A stretch of DNA of 64,000 nt. Origin: a virus. Its lineage: Duplodnaviria > Caudoviricetes. Every line of letters starts with the position of its first letter. Position 1 is the first letter of the stretch. The DNA lies in the IMG/VR virus record IMGVR_UViG_3300033072_000683, positions 18,751 to 82,750 of that record; one strand, given 5' to 3'. The notes below the pieces were generated by a model, which searched no databases, was not told the DNA's origin, and worked only from the letters and a program-made list of their open reading frames with translations. This document shows, piece by piece, positions 1 through 10,110 of the stretch. The position numbers and the translations under genes are program-made.

Positions 1-2
1 GA

Positions 3-128
3 GCAGAACAAATTGATTTCGAAAATGGTAACGGTCAACGCCAGGGCGGTGGGCAAGGAGGCGAGTTTGACCGTAACGAACTCCTGAAATATATTGTTAG
101 CAACAAATCAGAAAAATCTGATAAATAG
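3..128 (+). CDS. 3' end of a gene running in from the left edge (…FDRNELLKYIVSNKSEKSDK*)
   Basis: Open frame from nt 3 to TAG at 126-128, translated by hand. Confidence 0.55.
   Translation, partial: AEQIDFENGNGQRQGGGQGGEFDRNELLKYIVSNKSEKSDK
120..127 (+). promoter_or_regulatory. T4-type late promoter GATAAATA
   Basis: Recurrent motif just upstream of predicted structural genes; resembles T4 TATAAATA. Confidence 0.7.
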
Positions 129-151
129 TCATAACACTGGAGTTTACTATA

Positions 152-817
152 ATGGAAATGAAATCATTTGCATCTTACGTTGCAGAAACTAAAAAGGAAT
201 ACAAATATGTCCTTAAGTTTGCTGTAAATGATATGCCGGATAGCATGATTGATATTCTTGAAGCTTGCCTTACAAAGTATGAGCTCAAGGAAGCTTCGGC
301 ATTTAGAAAAACACCTATTCAAGAAAGCCCACTAGATTTCCCTAACATAAAGAATACTCCTGTATTCATTTGTGATGTAACACTTGGTTATCCAGGCTCT
401 CTTGATTTTTTAAGAACATACGTTTGCAATAACCTTGGTATTTCTCCAGGTCAGCTTGCAGTATATTCTGAAAACGATCCACGTCAAATCGAAACAGATT
501 TATTCCTAGAAAGATCAGCCCCTCAATTTAAGGAAGGCTATAAGACAAAGCTAGGAAGCGATTACGAAGAAACAGGCGACAAGAATATGTATGGTGAGAC
601 ATACAATGTTTCTTTCTTAAAAGAGCTTGATAAAGTTCGTAAGGAAAGAGAAACAGTCGTTGTTGAAAATCCACTAAGCAAAAAAGAAGATGTTGATCAT
701 TCTACACTTCCAGCTGGTTATGATGGTTTCAATGACCCTAAGAATTTAAAGAAGGATGATGTCGGATTCTTCGGTCGTATTAAGAGACCAAATCTACATA
801 AGGCAGGTATCAAATGA
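152..817 (+). CDS. hypothetical head-associated protein
   Basis: N-terminus MKSFASYVAE resembles the T4 internal-protein capsid-targeting sequence; late promoter upstream. Confidence 0.6.
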   Translation: MEMKSFASYVAETKKEYKYVLKFAVNDMPDSMIDILEACLTKYELKEASAFRKTPIQESPLDFPNIKNTPVFICDVTLGYPGSLDFLRTYVCNNLGISPGQLAVYSENDPRQIETDLFLERSAPQFKEGYKTKLGSDYEETGDKNMYGETYNVSFLKELDKVRKERETVVVENPLSKKEDVDHSTLPAGYDGFNDPKNLKKDDVGFFGRIKRPNLHKAGIK

Positions 818-2058
818 AAAGCATGCGTCAACTAATTAACCTCATGGAGAGTGTAGAGGCTGTTCCGGGATTGAACGAAAAGTCTAGTTCCGAAAAGCAA
901 GCACGTTTTATGGCTGCCGCTGCTCACGATCCGAAATTTGCCAAGAAGGCTGGTATCGAACAGGATGTAGCCAAGGAATTCAACAAGGCCGACACAGGTA
1001 CAGAACTTCTAAGCAAGGCAGCAAAGAATAAAGAAGAATCTTGCAGCATGGAAGAAGCTCACGTGGATACATGCCGTCAGACAAATGGTGCTCCTGCACG
1101 TGATGCATGTGCAATGGAAGGCGCCGATGAATCTGAAATTACCGATGATATGGTAAGAGCAGCATATCAGGCAAGACATGAAGCATTTGCTAAGGATCTT
1201 CCAAATAAGTATCAATTGGCTGATTATGCAAGTATGTTGGCGAATAAGCATGCACAACAGCAATCTATGAAGGCACACGGAAAGGGTTTCGATCCTATTT
1301 CCGGTAATCTTCTTCCTGAAGATCTAAACAACGGCTATGACGATGTTGAAATTGCTAGCGGCCAGGATTTCTTCCCTAATGGTGCAGATAGTCCTGTAGT
1401 CAAGGCAGTTGGCCCATCCGGCGCACGTCAAGGTGATAATCCAGAGCAAAAGAAGATGAAAGTTGCTGAGGAAGAACATCGCGAACTGGTGTATGCCTAC
1501 AGACAGTATTTGAAAGAGTCCGCTAAAGTGGCTCCAAAAAAAAAATTAAAGGAGAACCAGCAGGTTCTTTCTGACTTCGAAATTCAGGACTACGATCTAA
1601 GTTTCGATAGTAGTTCTGATTCCGCAGATATCAGCGGTTCAGTTTCAGCATCAGCTACAGTCCCGGGACTTGACGGCCAGCCAAAAGATATTGGATGGGA
1701 CGTATGGGTTGAGGCAACATGCGGCATTGGTTGGGAATCAGACGAATCACCAACTGGCTGGAATTACAAAACAGATAATCCAACCTACACTAGCTATACC
1801 TACGCTACCGGCGATAGCCTCGAATTTACTTCAATTACATTCAGCGACGGTGCAGTTTTCTACATTAACAACGAAGAATTGACATTGCAGGATGCGCAGC
1901 AACAAATTGATCCTGCTGTCTTGAAACTTCTTCTTGATCCAAAACTCTTTGAACCTACTGTTGGAAAGTTTGCCGATAGTAAGATTCAGGATATGGAGCC
2001 GCCCGAGCCTGACTTTGATGAACCCGACAGGGACGACTATTACGATAGTAGATATTAA
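814..2058 (+). CDS. hypothetical acidic virion/head protein, two-part, with an A10 tract at the junction
   Basis: 414-aa ORF, several L-x-E sites, composition changes after KKK. Confidence 0.6.
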   Translation: MKSMRQLINLMESVEAVPGLNEKSSSEKQARFMAAAAHDPKFAKKAGIEQDVAKEFNKADTGTELLSKAAKNKEESCSMEEAHVDTCRQTNGAPARDACAMEGADESEITDDMVRAAYQARHEAFAKDLPNKYQLADYASMLANKHAQQQSMKAHGKGFDPISGNLLPEDLNNGYDDVEIASGQDFFPNGADSPVVKAVGPSGARQGDNPEQKKMKVAEEEHRELVYAYRQYLKESAKVAPKKKLKENQQVLSDFEIQDYDLSFDSSSDSADISGSVSASATVPGLDGQPKDIGWDVWVEATCGIGWESDESPTGWNYKTDNPTYTSYTYATGDSLEFTSITFSDGAVFYINNEELTLQDAQQQIDPAVLKLLLDPKLFEPTVGKFADSKIQDMEPPEPDFDEPDRDDYYDSRY

Positions 2059-2060
2059 AT

Positions 2061-3635
2061 ATGGCGATTTATCAAGACGACAAACTGGTCAAGCGTGCCT
2101 ATAAAAAGGTTAGCTATACCAAGGAACAAATTGACGAATTAAAGGCATGTATGGACCCTGTAAACGGGCCCAGATACTTTATTACTAACTTCATGTATAT
2201 CCAGCACCCACGTTTGGGTAGACAGAAGATTGAGTTATTTGATTTCCAATACGAACTACTTGATAACTATCACAATTCTAGAAAATCAGTAAACATGATT
2301 AGCCGCCAGATGGGTAAGACCACTGTTGCGGCTGGTTATCTTCTTTGGTACGCTATGTTCGTTGATGATGCAACAATTCTAATTGCATCTAACAAATATG
2401 ACGGCGCACAGGAAATTATGCACCGTGTTCGATATGCATATGAATCTGTCCCGGATCATATTCGAGCAGGTGTTAAATCTTACAATAAACGTTCCATTGA
2501 CTTTGATAATGGATCGCGTATTCAGGCAACCACTACTACAGCAAACACTGGTCGTGGTATGTCCTTGTCTCTAGTTTACCTTGACGAATTTGCGTTCGTG
2601 GAACCAAATATTGCTAAGGAATTCTGGACTTCACTATCACCGACCTTGTCGACAGGTGGTAAGTGTATTATTACTTCAACTCCAAACACTGACGAAGATC
2701 AATTTGCTGATATTTGGTTCGGTGCTAATAAATTAGTCGACGCAAACGGAAATGAGACCGATGTTGGTGTGAACGGTTTTCGTCCGTATATTGCTACCTG
2801 GTCTGCTCACCCTGATCGCGATCAAGCATGGGCAGATTCAGAATTGGCAGCATTAGGTGAAGATAGATTCCTTCGCGAACACGAATGCCAGTTTATTACA
2901 TTTGAAGAAACACTTATCAATCCTGTTAAACTTGCTCAACTTAATTCTATTCAACCTATCAGAAAAACTGGACAGGTACGTTGGTATTCTGAAATTCGTT
3001 CAAACATGACATATGTTGTTTCTCTTGATCCTTCGTTGGGAACAGGCGGAGATAACGCAGCTATTCAAGTTATCGAATTACCGACTCTTGTTCAGGTTGC
3101 CGAATGGAGTAGCAATAGAGCACCTGTTGAAGAACAAGTTAAAATCATGCGTAAAATTCTTGAAGAATTATACGATAATGGAAAACCTGAAATTTATTGG
3201 TCAGTTGAAAGTAACACACTAGGCGAAGCTGCATTGGTAGTTATTCGTGATACTGGCGAAGAAAATTTCCCCGGAACAATGCTGCACGATCCAAAGAATA
3301 GATTGCAAGGCAAGACGGGACGCAGAGCAGGTTTCGTAACAACAAACAAGTCGAAACTCGAGGCTTGTGCAAAACTCAAATTCTTGATCGAGTCTGGCAA
3401 AATGAAGCTAAATTCAAGAGGTATTCTGTCTGAGCTAAAGGTGTTTGTTTCGAGAGGAAATACATTTGAAGCTCGAGAAGGACAGACTGACGATTTGATT
3501 ATGGCTATGATTCTTGCAGTTCGAATGACAGATTTTATTTCTACCTGGGACGATCAATCTCAAGCCGCTATCAATTCAAGTGTGGCAATCGACGACGATA
3601 GAAGCTTCGATGCGCCTCTGCCTGTTTTTATCTAA
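2061..3635 (+). CDS. terL: terminase large subunit (T4 gp17-like)
   Basis: Walker A SRQMGKT, GRG motif, Walker B YLDEFAF, nuclease acidic residues (SLDPS, DDLIMA). Confidence 0.95.
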   Translation: MAIYQDDKLVKRAYKKVSYTKEQIDELKACMDPVNGPRYFITNFMYIQHPRLGRQKIELFDFQYELLDNYHNSRKSVNMISRQMGKTTVAAGYLLWYAMFVDDATILIASNKYDGAQEIMHRVRYAYESVPDHIRAGVKSYNKRSIDFDNGSRIQATTTTANTGRGMSLSLVYLDEFAFVEPNIAKEFWTSLSPTLSTGGKCIITSTPNTDEDQFADIWFGANKLVDANGNETDVGVNGFRPYIATWSAHPDRDQAWADSELAALGEDRFLREHECQFITFEETLINPVKLAQLNSIQPIRKTGQVRWYSEIRSNMTYVVSLDPSLGTGGDNAAIQVIELPTLVQVAEWSSNRAPVEEQVKIMRKILEELYDNGKPEIYWSVESNTLGEAALVVIRDTGEENFPGTMLHDPKNRLQGKTGRRAGFVTTNKSKLEACAKLKFLIESGKMKLNSRGILSELKVFVSRGNTFEAREGQTDDLIMAMILAVRMTDFISTWDDQSQAAINSSVAIDDDRSFDAPLPVFI

Positions 3636-3640
3636 TTTCA

Positions 3641-3648
3641 GATAAATA
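3641..3648 (+). promoter_or_regulatory. late promoter GATAAATA
   Basis: Motif 20 nt upstream of ATG 3668. Confidence 0.7.
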
Positions 3649-3667
3649 AGAGAAAGAAGGATTCAAA

Positions 3668-4945
3668 ATGGTAGAAATTAACGAGTTAGCTCATAAGATT
3701 TTTTCTCTTCTGAAGGGTAACGGACTTCAGGTAAAAATCTTTGATGTTGAAGGCGCTGAAACTACCAATCCTGAAGACGGTCGTCGTTTCTTCGTTATGG
3801 CACCAAATATTATGGTTACAATTGACGAGGATGGCAACAATGTCGGGTTTAGTAAAGGTGCAGACGTCGGCGACGAAGTGGCCAGTGTGCAAAAAAGCAT
3901 TCGTAAATTAGCAGATGAATTCCTACTAAATTCGAGCATTAAGGTATTTGGCAAGTCAATTCAACCAAGAGATTTTGCATATCAAGCAAAGATTAAAAAG
4001 GCAGAAAATATGGGCGCATTACAAGAAAGTTTCAGCAAGATGTTTGGTTCACTAAGAACATCTCATCAAATGTTAGAAAATGTCAGAATTCTGGTAAAGC
4101 ATAAAGTACCTGTGGACGAGTCTGTACCAGGTGCAAGATCTCGCCATATTGCTGCAATTTTCCTAGAATGCAATGGAGAACGTTTCCGTTTTCCACATAA
4201 CTATCTCCCGGGTGCAAGAGCAATGGCACAACACCTTGCGCACGGTGGCTCCATGGGCGATAAGGTTGGTGCATATATTAATGAAAGCACTGGTCAGCTA
4301 TTGAAGCTTCAGTCCTTTAACCGTTATGTTACCACCAATAAACTAATTAATGAAGATAGCTCCGGTATTGTTGAAACGGTAAAGGAGAATATCGAGACAT
4401 TGCGTACAGAGCTAAGAAAGCTAACTGGCGTAAAAACATATGAAACAGTAAAGGCACGTATCGAAACATTTGAACGTGAAACACTTGCTGAAGATGATGT
4501 TTCCCAACTCAAGGATCTATTTACTATTCGCCGTTTTGACGAAAAGTTCGAGGAAGTGCTTCCTATCGTTAAACAATTGATTCAAGAGAAGGATACATAT
4601 CACAAGCGTATCGAAGAGGCTGCCGCAAATGTAGTCAGAGTTCGTCGCGAGGCTATAAATACTACACCGATTTTTGAATTCGCAAGCGAAAGTGCTCGCC
4701 TAGGATATAAGATCAGTGAACTTTCTCTACGTATTCTTGAAAACGAAGAACTTTCTTCCTTTGTTGGTAAGATTGGCAATAAGCTAGTCAAGGAAGGTCA
4801 GATTAATGATTTCGAGAAGGCTGTATTATCTCAAATCTTCGAGAACATCGAAGTAGTTGAGGCAGCTCAAGTAGAGAAAAAAGAGATCAAAGAGGCATTC
4901 GATTTCGATACATACTTTGATAAATATATTTACAAGTTTTTCTAA
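3668..4945 (+). CDS. hypothetical protein, probably virion/head associated
   Basis: 425-aa ORF with SD and late promoter; LQES/INES/IKEA sites. Confidence 0.65.
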   Translation: MVEINELAHKIFSLLKGNGLQVKIFDVEGAETTNPEDGRRFFVMAPNIMVTIDEDGNNVGFSKGADVGDEVASVQKSIRKLADEFLLNSSIKVFGKSIQPRDFAYQAKIKKAENMGALQESFSKMFGSLRTSHQMLENVRILVKHKVPVDESVPGARSRHIAAIFLECNGERFRFPHNYLPGARAMAQHLAHGGSMGDKVGAYINESTGQLLKLQSFNRYVTTNKLINEDSSGIVETVKENIETLRTELRKLTGVKTYETVKARIETFERETLAEDDVSQLKDLFTIRRFDEKFEEVLPIVKQLIQEKDTYHKRIEEAAANVVRVRREAINTTPIFEFASESARLGYKISELSLRILENEELSSFVGKIGNKLVKEGQINDFEKAVLSQIFENIEVVEAAQVEKKEIKEAFDFDTYFDKYIYKFF

Positions 4946-4955
4946 ACCGAAAAGC

Positions 4956-4984
4956 TTGACAGATACATAAGACTTTCGTACATT
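4956..4984 (+). promoter_or_regulatory. sigma70-type promoter TTGACA-N17-TACATT
   Basis: Near-consensus boxes upstream of the SSB gene. Confidence 0.75.
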
Positions 4985-5099
4985 AGTCGCTGTACGTTAG
5001 AAACACAGTTAGGGCGTGAAAGGGTTTAACGTGACCCAAGTAGGCTGCGACTCAGGGAAATAACGTTCTTTTTAAACTAAAGCATAGGATAAACATATC

Positions 5100-6158
5100 A
5101 TGTCAAAAACATTAGAAGAAATTCGCAAGAAGCTACAAGCACTAGACGCCCGCAAGGGTCCCGCAGGTTCCGGCGGTGGTGGAGATAAAACCACTTACCC
5201 ACACTGGAATATCCCAGAAGGAACATCCCTCTCAACTCGCTTACTCCCTGACGCAAATCCAGATAACACATTTTTCTGGGCAGAACGTCAAATCATTAAG
5301 CTTCCATTCCCTGGCATCAAGGGTCAAGACGAAAGCAAGCCCGTCATTGTTCAAGTTCCATGTATCGAAATGTGGGACGGTAAGAACACCTGCCCTATCC
5401 TGAACGAAGTTCGCCCATGGTGGAAAGACAAGTCTCTCGAAGATCTTGCACGCAAGTATTGGGTCAAGCGTACCTACTACATGCAAGGTTTCGTGAAGAA
5501 CGATCCGCTGAACGAATCTGATCCTCCAGAAAATCCAATTCGTAAGTTCATTATCGGTCCACAGATTTTCGCAATCATCAAGGCTGCGCTGATGGATCCC
5601 GAAATGGAACACAGCCCTGTTGATTATGTCAACGGTGTTGATTTCATTATCTCGAAGACCAGCAAGGGCGGATTCGCAGATTACGGTACATCGAAGTGGG
5701 CAAGAAAAGAGTCGAGCATCACAGCCGATATGCAAGAAGCCATTGAAAAGTATGGTCTTGTAGATCTATCCACATATCTGCCAAAGCGTCCAACTCCTGA
5801 ACAACTAGCTATCATCTATGAAATGTTCCAAGCATCTGTAGATGGTGAACTGTATGATCCGGAAGCATGGAGCCAGCACTACAAGCCATTCGGCTTCGAT
5901 GCAGGCGCCGGCGACGACGACGGCGGTGAAGGTCGTAGAGTATCGCGCTCTGCTCCTGTTTCTCGTCCAGCACCAGCACCAGCACCTGCACCTGCCCCTG
6001 TGGCACAGAAGCCGGTCGTTACAGAAACTGAAGACGAAGATCCACCTTTCGAGCCAGATCCTCCTAAGGCTACCACAGAAGCTAAGGATACCGGAAGTGC
6101 CACAGCAGGCAAGTCTCCGCAAGAAATCCTAGCAATGTTGCGTAACCGCAATAAGTAA
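5100..6158 (+). CDS. single-stranded DNA-binding protein (T4 gp32-like)
   Basis: gp32-like core (LLPD…FFW, CPI, KRTYY, DYGTSKW), acidic/Pro-Ala tail, position before UvsX. Confidence 0.85.
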   Translation: MSKTLEEIRKKLQALDARKGPAGSGGGGDKTTYPHWNIPEGTSLSTRLLPDANPDNTFFWAERQIIKLPFPGIKGQDESKPVIVQVPCIEMWDGKNTCPILNEVRPWWKDKSLEDLARKYWVKRTYYMQGFVKNDPLNESDPPENPIRKFIIGPQIFAIIKAALMDPEMEHSPVDYVNGVDFIISKTSKGGFADYGTSKWARKESSITADMQEAIEKYGLVDLSTYLPKRPTPEQLAIIYEMFQASVDGELYDPEAWSQHYKPFGFDAGAGDDDGGEGRRVSRSAPVSRPAPAPAPAPAPVAQKPVVTETEDEDPPFEPDPPKATTEAKDTGSATAGKSPQEILAMLRNRNK

Positions 6159-6214
6159 TTTCTAGACACGGGGCAGGTAAATACTGCCCCGACTAACTTA
6201 TTCAAGGAGAACCT

Positions 6215-7306
6215 ATGGCTAAGGCCTTTGACGTTTCAAAATTTCGTAAAAATCTAACTAAGAATATCACAGGTATTTCTACAGGATTCAATGATCCTGA
6301 TACCTGGATTAGCACAGGTTCGTATGGACTGAACTATCTCATTAGCGGCGACTTCTACAGAGGCGTTCCTATGGGTAAAGTCACTGTTTTTGCAGGCGAA
6401 TCCGGTGCAGGCAAGTCCTACATTGTGTCGGGCAATATCGCAAGAGCAGCACAAGAACAAGGCATTTACGTTGTTATGATTGACACCGAAAATGCACTTG
6501 ACGAAAAGTGGCTGCATACCCTAGGCGTTGATACTGATGAATCGAAGATGCTTCGCATTGGTGCGTCTATGGTTGACGAAGTAGCAAAGATCGTTCACGA
6601 CTTTGTTGCAGAATACAAACAAAATTATCTTGATCTACCACGTGCAGATCGTCCTAAGATTCTATTCATTGTTGACTCTATTGGTATGTTGCTAACACCA
6701 ACAGAAGTAGATCAGTTCAGCAAGGGCGATATGAAGGGCGACATGGGTCGTAAGGCAAAGCAATTGAAAGCTTTTGTCTCGAACTGTGTAAACATGTTCG
6801 GTGACTTGAACATCGGTATGGTTGTGACAAACCATACATATGCAAGCCAAGACATGTTCGACCCCGATGACAAGATCTCCGGTGGTTCTGGCTTTATCTT
6901 TGCTTCGAGTATCGTTGTTGCAATGAAGAAGTATAAACTGAAGGAAGATGAAGATGGTAACAAGACTTCAGAAGTAAATGGTATTCGTGCTACCTGCAAG
7001 GTTGTAAAGACACGTTATTCCAAGCCGTTTGAATCTATCAAGATTGATATTCCGTGGGAAACAGGTATGAATCCCGTCTCTGGTCTGTTCGATCTATTCG
7101 AAAAATCGGGCGTGCTCATTAAGGAAGGCAATCGTTACAGCTACACATGCAAGAGCACAGGTGAAGTCATGAAGTATTTCCGTAAGGAATGGAATGACTT
7201 TGAGAAAATGAAAGTGATTATGGATGAGTTCACCCAGGATGACCTACATGCGGTTATTACAGATGCTGAGGATGAACAACTTCCTAAGGCAGTAGTGGAG
7301 GCATAA
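6215..7306 (+). CDS. uvsX: RecA-like recombinase UvsX
   Basis: Walker A GESGAGKS, IDTENA, VDSIGML, ISGGSG. Confidence 0.95.
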   Translation: MAKAFDVSKFRKNLTKNITGISTGFNDPDTWISTGSYGLNYLISGDFYRGVPMGKVTVFAGESGAGKSYIVSGNIARAAQEQGIYVVMIDTENALDEKWLHTLGVDTDESKMLRIGASMVDEVAKIVHDFVAEYKQNYLDLPRADRPKILFIVDSIGMLLTPTEVDQFSKGDMKGDMGRKAKQLKAFVSNCVNMFGDLNIGMVVTNHTYASQDMFDPDDKISGGSGFIFASSIVVAMKKYKLKEDEDGNKTSEVNGIRATCKVVKTRYSKPFESIKIDIPWETGMNPVSGLFDLFEKSGVLIKEGNRYSYTCKSTGEVMKYFRKEWNDFEKMKVIMDEFTQDDLHAVITDAEDEQLPKAVVEA

Positions 7307-7307
7307 A

Positions 7308-7550
7308 ATGGTTAGCGAACATAACGAACTAATCATGGAATTGTGGGGAAGAATTAAAACCCACATTCAGCCAAAGGAGCGACTAGAAGTGGCCGATATT
7401 CTAATCGATGTTTTCGATGAGTTTGGCATGTTGGACGACAGCATTCTAAATGAAGACCTTGACAAAGAACTGAAGGCTGCTACAAAGAGCCGGTTGGCCG
7501 ATGACGAAATTGAAGATTACGAGGACGAGGATGACAGTTTTAGCTTCTGA
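7308..7550 (+). CDS. hypothetical acidic protein
   Basis: 80-aa ORF tightly coupled to uvsX. Confidence 0.6.
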   Translation: MVSEHNELIMELWGRIKTHIQPKERLEVADILIDVFDEFGMLDDSILNEDLDKELKAATKSRLADDEIEDYEDEDDSFSF

Positions 7551-7839
7551 CTTCGGACAAGAACTTCTTGGGGTTATAAAGAGCAAGGATGCTCAGCAAT
7601 CCCTTTCGAAAGTCCAGCAGTATAAAGAGAAAATGCGAGATACGACTGTGGGTGTTGACTACGTTACCTGGATTACTGAGCCTGCAAATCTGACCTTGGT
7701 ACATAAGACCTTGGCAGAAGACCTGGGCGTCCCTCCACGTTTACTAGCCATCAAGAGAGTTGCTATGTCTCGAACTCAGAAAGCGGTTTTATTGGTACAA
7801 GCTATCGAATTAGGAATTAAGAAAGTACACAAACTATGA
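7531..7839 (+). CDS. hypothetical protein
   Basis: ORF 7501..7839; ATG 7531 has GAGG SD. Confidence 0.55.
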   Translation: MTVLASDFGQELLGVIKSKDAQQSLSKVQQYKEKMRDTTVGVDYVTWITEPANLTLVHKTLAEDLGVPPRLLAIKRVAMSRTQKAVLLVQAIELGIKKVHKL

Positions 7840-8297
7840 GCAGTTGGTATTACAAGGTCACACAAGACCTTGCCAATGTGCCAGCTTTTATTGACTACTT
7901 CGAAAGTGAACTCGAGGAGGCTAGAAAAGAGCTGTCTCTAAAAGGCAAGACTCTTGAAAAGCATGCAGCCGAACTTCCTGGATTGGTTGAGTATAGATTT
8001 GCTCAACTCCAGGAAATCGAGGCTGTGCTAGAGTACCTAAACATAAAACTAAAACAAGAACGTTCTGCACAATTTAAGAAGTTTCTTGAAGCGTACAATA
8101 AGACGCTAACCTCTCGCGATGCTGAAAAGTATGTAGACGGTGTAAAGGAAGTTGTTGATTTGACAATGTTGAACAACGAAGTCGCTTTACTACGAAACAA
8201 ATTTCTTGGAGTCAGCAAGGGGTTCGAGGCTAAGAATTTCATGACTGGACATATCATTAAATTAAGGGTGGCTGGTCTAGATGACGCAGCAATTTAA
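7836..8297 (+). CDS. uvsY: recombination mediator UvsY
   Basis: Helical 153 aa with DAEKYVDG motif, between uvsX and uvsW. Confidence 0.8.
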   Translation: MSSWYYKVTQDLANVPAFIDYFESELEEARKELSLKGKTLEKHAAELPGLVEYRFAQLQEIEAVLEYLNIKLKQERSAQFKKFLEAYNKTLTSRDAEKYVDGVKEVVDLTMLNNEVALLRNKFLGVSKGFEAKNFMTGHIIKLRVAGLDDAAI

Positions 8298-9751
8298 TGG
8301 CAACCACAAAACTAATTATTCAAGATGAAGTAAACGTCAAGTTCGAAGGACTTGACGTTGTCACACGAAGAAAGCTTGTAGAGACAGTGGAATATTTTGT
8401 TCCATATGCAAGACATACTCCTGCTTACAAGCTAGGAAGATGGAATGGTAAAATTTCATTCTGTGATGTTGGGGCACGAACATATCTAAATCTTCTAGAT
8501 AGATTACTTCCGGTAGTTCAACAGAACGGATATGATATAGAAATCGATGATCAGCGAGAAGTACACGATTTTGTTTTTGAGGAAGTCGAAGAGGATTCTT
8601 ATTCCCACATTAAATGGCCTAAGGGGCACCCAAAGGCCGGAGAACCTATTGAAATTCGCGAACACCAGCTTGATGTTATCAATTCCTACCTAAACAATCT
8701 AACAGGTATCAACATTGCCCCTACAGGCGCTGGCAAGACAATTATTACGGCGATTTTAAGCCATAAAGTTCAACCGTATGGGCGAAGTATTGTCATCGTG
8801 CCTACTAAGGACTTGGTCACGCAAACCGAAGAAGATTACATCAACATGGGTCTTGATGTAGGTGTATTCTTCGGTGATAGAAAGGAGTATGGAAAAACCC
8901 ATACTATCTGTACATGGCAAAGCTTGGAAAGCCTATCCAAAAAGTCAAAGGAAGACGAGTCGGTAGATATCGAAGCCTTCTTCAGCGGCGTTATTTGCGT
9001 TATCGTAGACGAAGTACACAAAGCAAAGGCCGACGTCTTGCGCAAACTATTGTCGACCTACTTAGCGAATTGTCCGATACGCTGGGGACTGACTGGGACG
9101 ATGCCTGAGGAAGAATACGAGCAGGTTGCGGTTATGGCCTGTATCGGACCTATGCTTGGTGCTATTAAGACAAAAGAATTGCAAGATAAAGGTATTCTTG
9201 CTAACTTGCATGTCAATATTTGGCAATTGCAAGATCTTGGCGAAGCAGCATTCGACAATTATCAGACAGAGCTAAAATGGTTAACTTCTAATCCGCAAAG
9301 ATTGAAGTTCTTGGCTAAAGAGATTGAGGCCATGGCTGAGAACGGTAACACTCTTATTCTGGTAGATCGCGTACAAACTGGCGAAATGTTACAATCGCTT
9401 ATACCGGGCTCGATTTTTGTGTCCGGTAAAATGAAGTCAAAAGATCGTAAAGAAGAATATAAAGAAGTTCAAGAGGTAGACGGCAAGGTTATTATTGCCA
9501 CTTATGGTGTGGCGTCTACGGGCATCAACATTGTCCGTATTTTTAACCTAGTCTTGTTTGAAGCAGGCAAGAGCTTTGTTAGAGTAATTCAGAGTATCGG
9601 TAGAGGTATTCGTGTTGCACCGGACAAGGATTTTGTTAATGTGTATGATGTATGCTCGAACTGTAAATTCTCTAAGCGACACTTGACAAAGAGAAAGAAG
9701 TTCTACGATCAAGCGGAATATCCATACAAGGTAACAAAGGTGCAATATTGA
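8297..9751 (+). CDS. uvsW: SF2 DNA helicase UvsW
   Basis: APTGAGKT, VDEVH, GLTGT, QSIGRGIR. Confidence 0.92.
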   Translation: MATTKLIIQDEVNVKFEGLDVVTRRKLVETVEYFVPYARHTPAYKLGRWNGKISFCDVGARTYLNLLDRLLPVVQQNGYDIEIDDQREVHDFVFEEVEEDSYSHIKWPKGHPKAGEPIEIREHQLDVINSYLNNLTGINIAPTGAGKTIITAILSHKVQPYGRSIVIVPTKDLVTQTEEDYINMGLDVGVFFGDRKEYGKTHTICTWQSLESLSKKSKEDESVDIEAFFSGVICVIVDEVHKAKADVLRKLLSTYLANCPIRWGLTGTMPEEEYEQVAVMACIGPMLGAIKTKELQDKGILANLHVNIWQLQDLGEAAFDNYQTELKWLTSNPQRLKFLAKEIEAMAENGNTLILVDRVQTGEMLQSLIPGSIFVSGKMKSKDRKEEYKEVQEVDGKVIIATYGVASTGINIVRIFNLVLFEAGKSFVRVIQSIGRGIRVAPDKDFVNVYDVCSNCKFSKRHLTKRKKFYDQAEYPYKVTKVQY

Positions 9752-10110
9752 TAACAGTTGACACAAATATTTCGTGGGGATATTTGCCTTTATTAGAAAT
9801 ATTTGCAAAGGCAAACAGTCTTGTCCTAAAATTTGAAATGTATTATCACGAAATTGGCGATAGCGATGGTATTGTTATTGCTAGAGAACATACTCGTATT
9901 TCATATGAGGATGATTCTGATACTGCAATGGCTATTACTTGCCTATCAATTAAGCATCTTGGATTTGAAAATATGCTTTGTGATTATCTGATTCGTTGCA
10001 ATGTAGAACCAAAGATGATTCCAATCGGGAAATATGTCATGAGGAAGACACCCGAACAAATGGAAAAAGATTGGCAAGAACATAGAAAGAAAATAGGCCT
10101 AGCAAGATGA
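9748..10110 (+). CDS. hypothetical protein
   Basis: 120-aa ORF with 4-nt overlaps to neighbours. Confidence 0.55.
   Translation: MITVDTNISWGYLPLLEIFAKANSLVLKFEMYYHEIGDSDGIVIAREHTRISYEDDSDTAMAITCLSIKHLGFENMLCDYLIRCNVEPKMIPIGKYVMRKTPEQMEKDWQEHRKKIGLAR

Noticed and set aside
5968-6002. CCAGCA/CCTGCA micro-repeat
   Set aside because: Encodes an ordinary Pro-Ala linker in the SSB tail.
6169-6191. GC-rich hairpin between SSB and uvsX with GTAAATA loop
   Set aside because: No U-tract and far from the RBS; cannot distinguish a stabiliser from a promoter, so not called a terminator.
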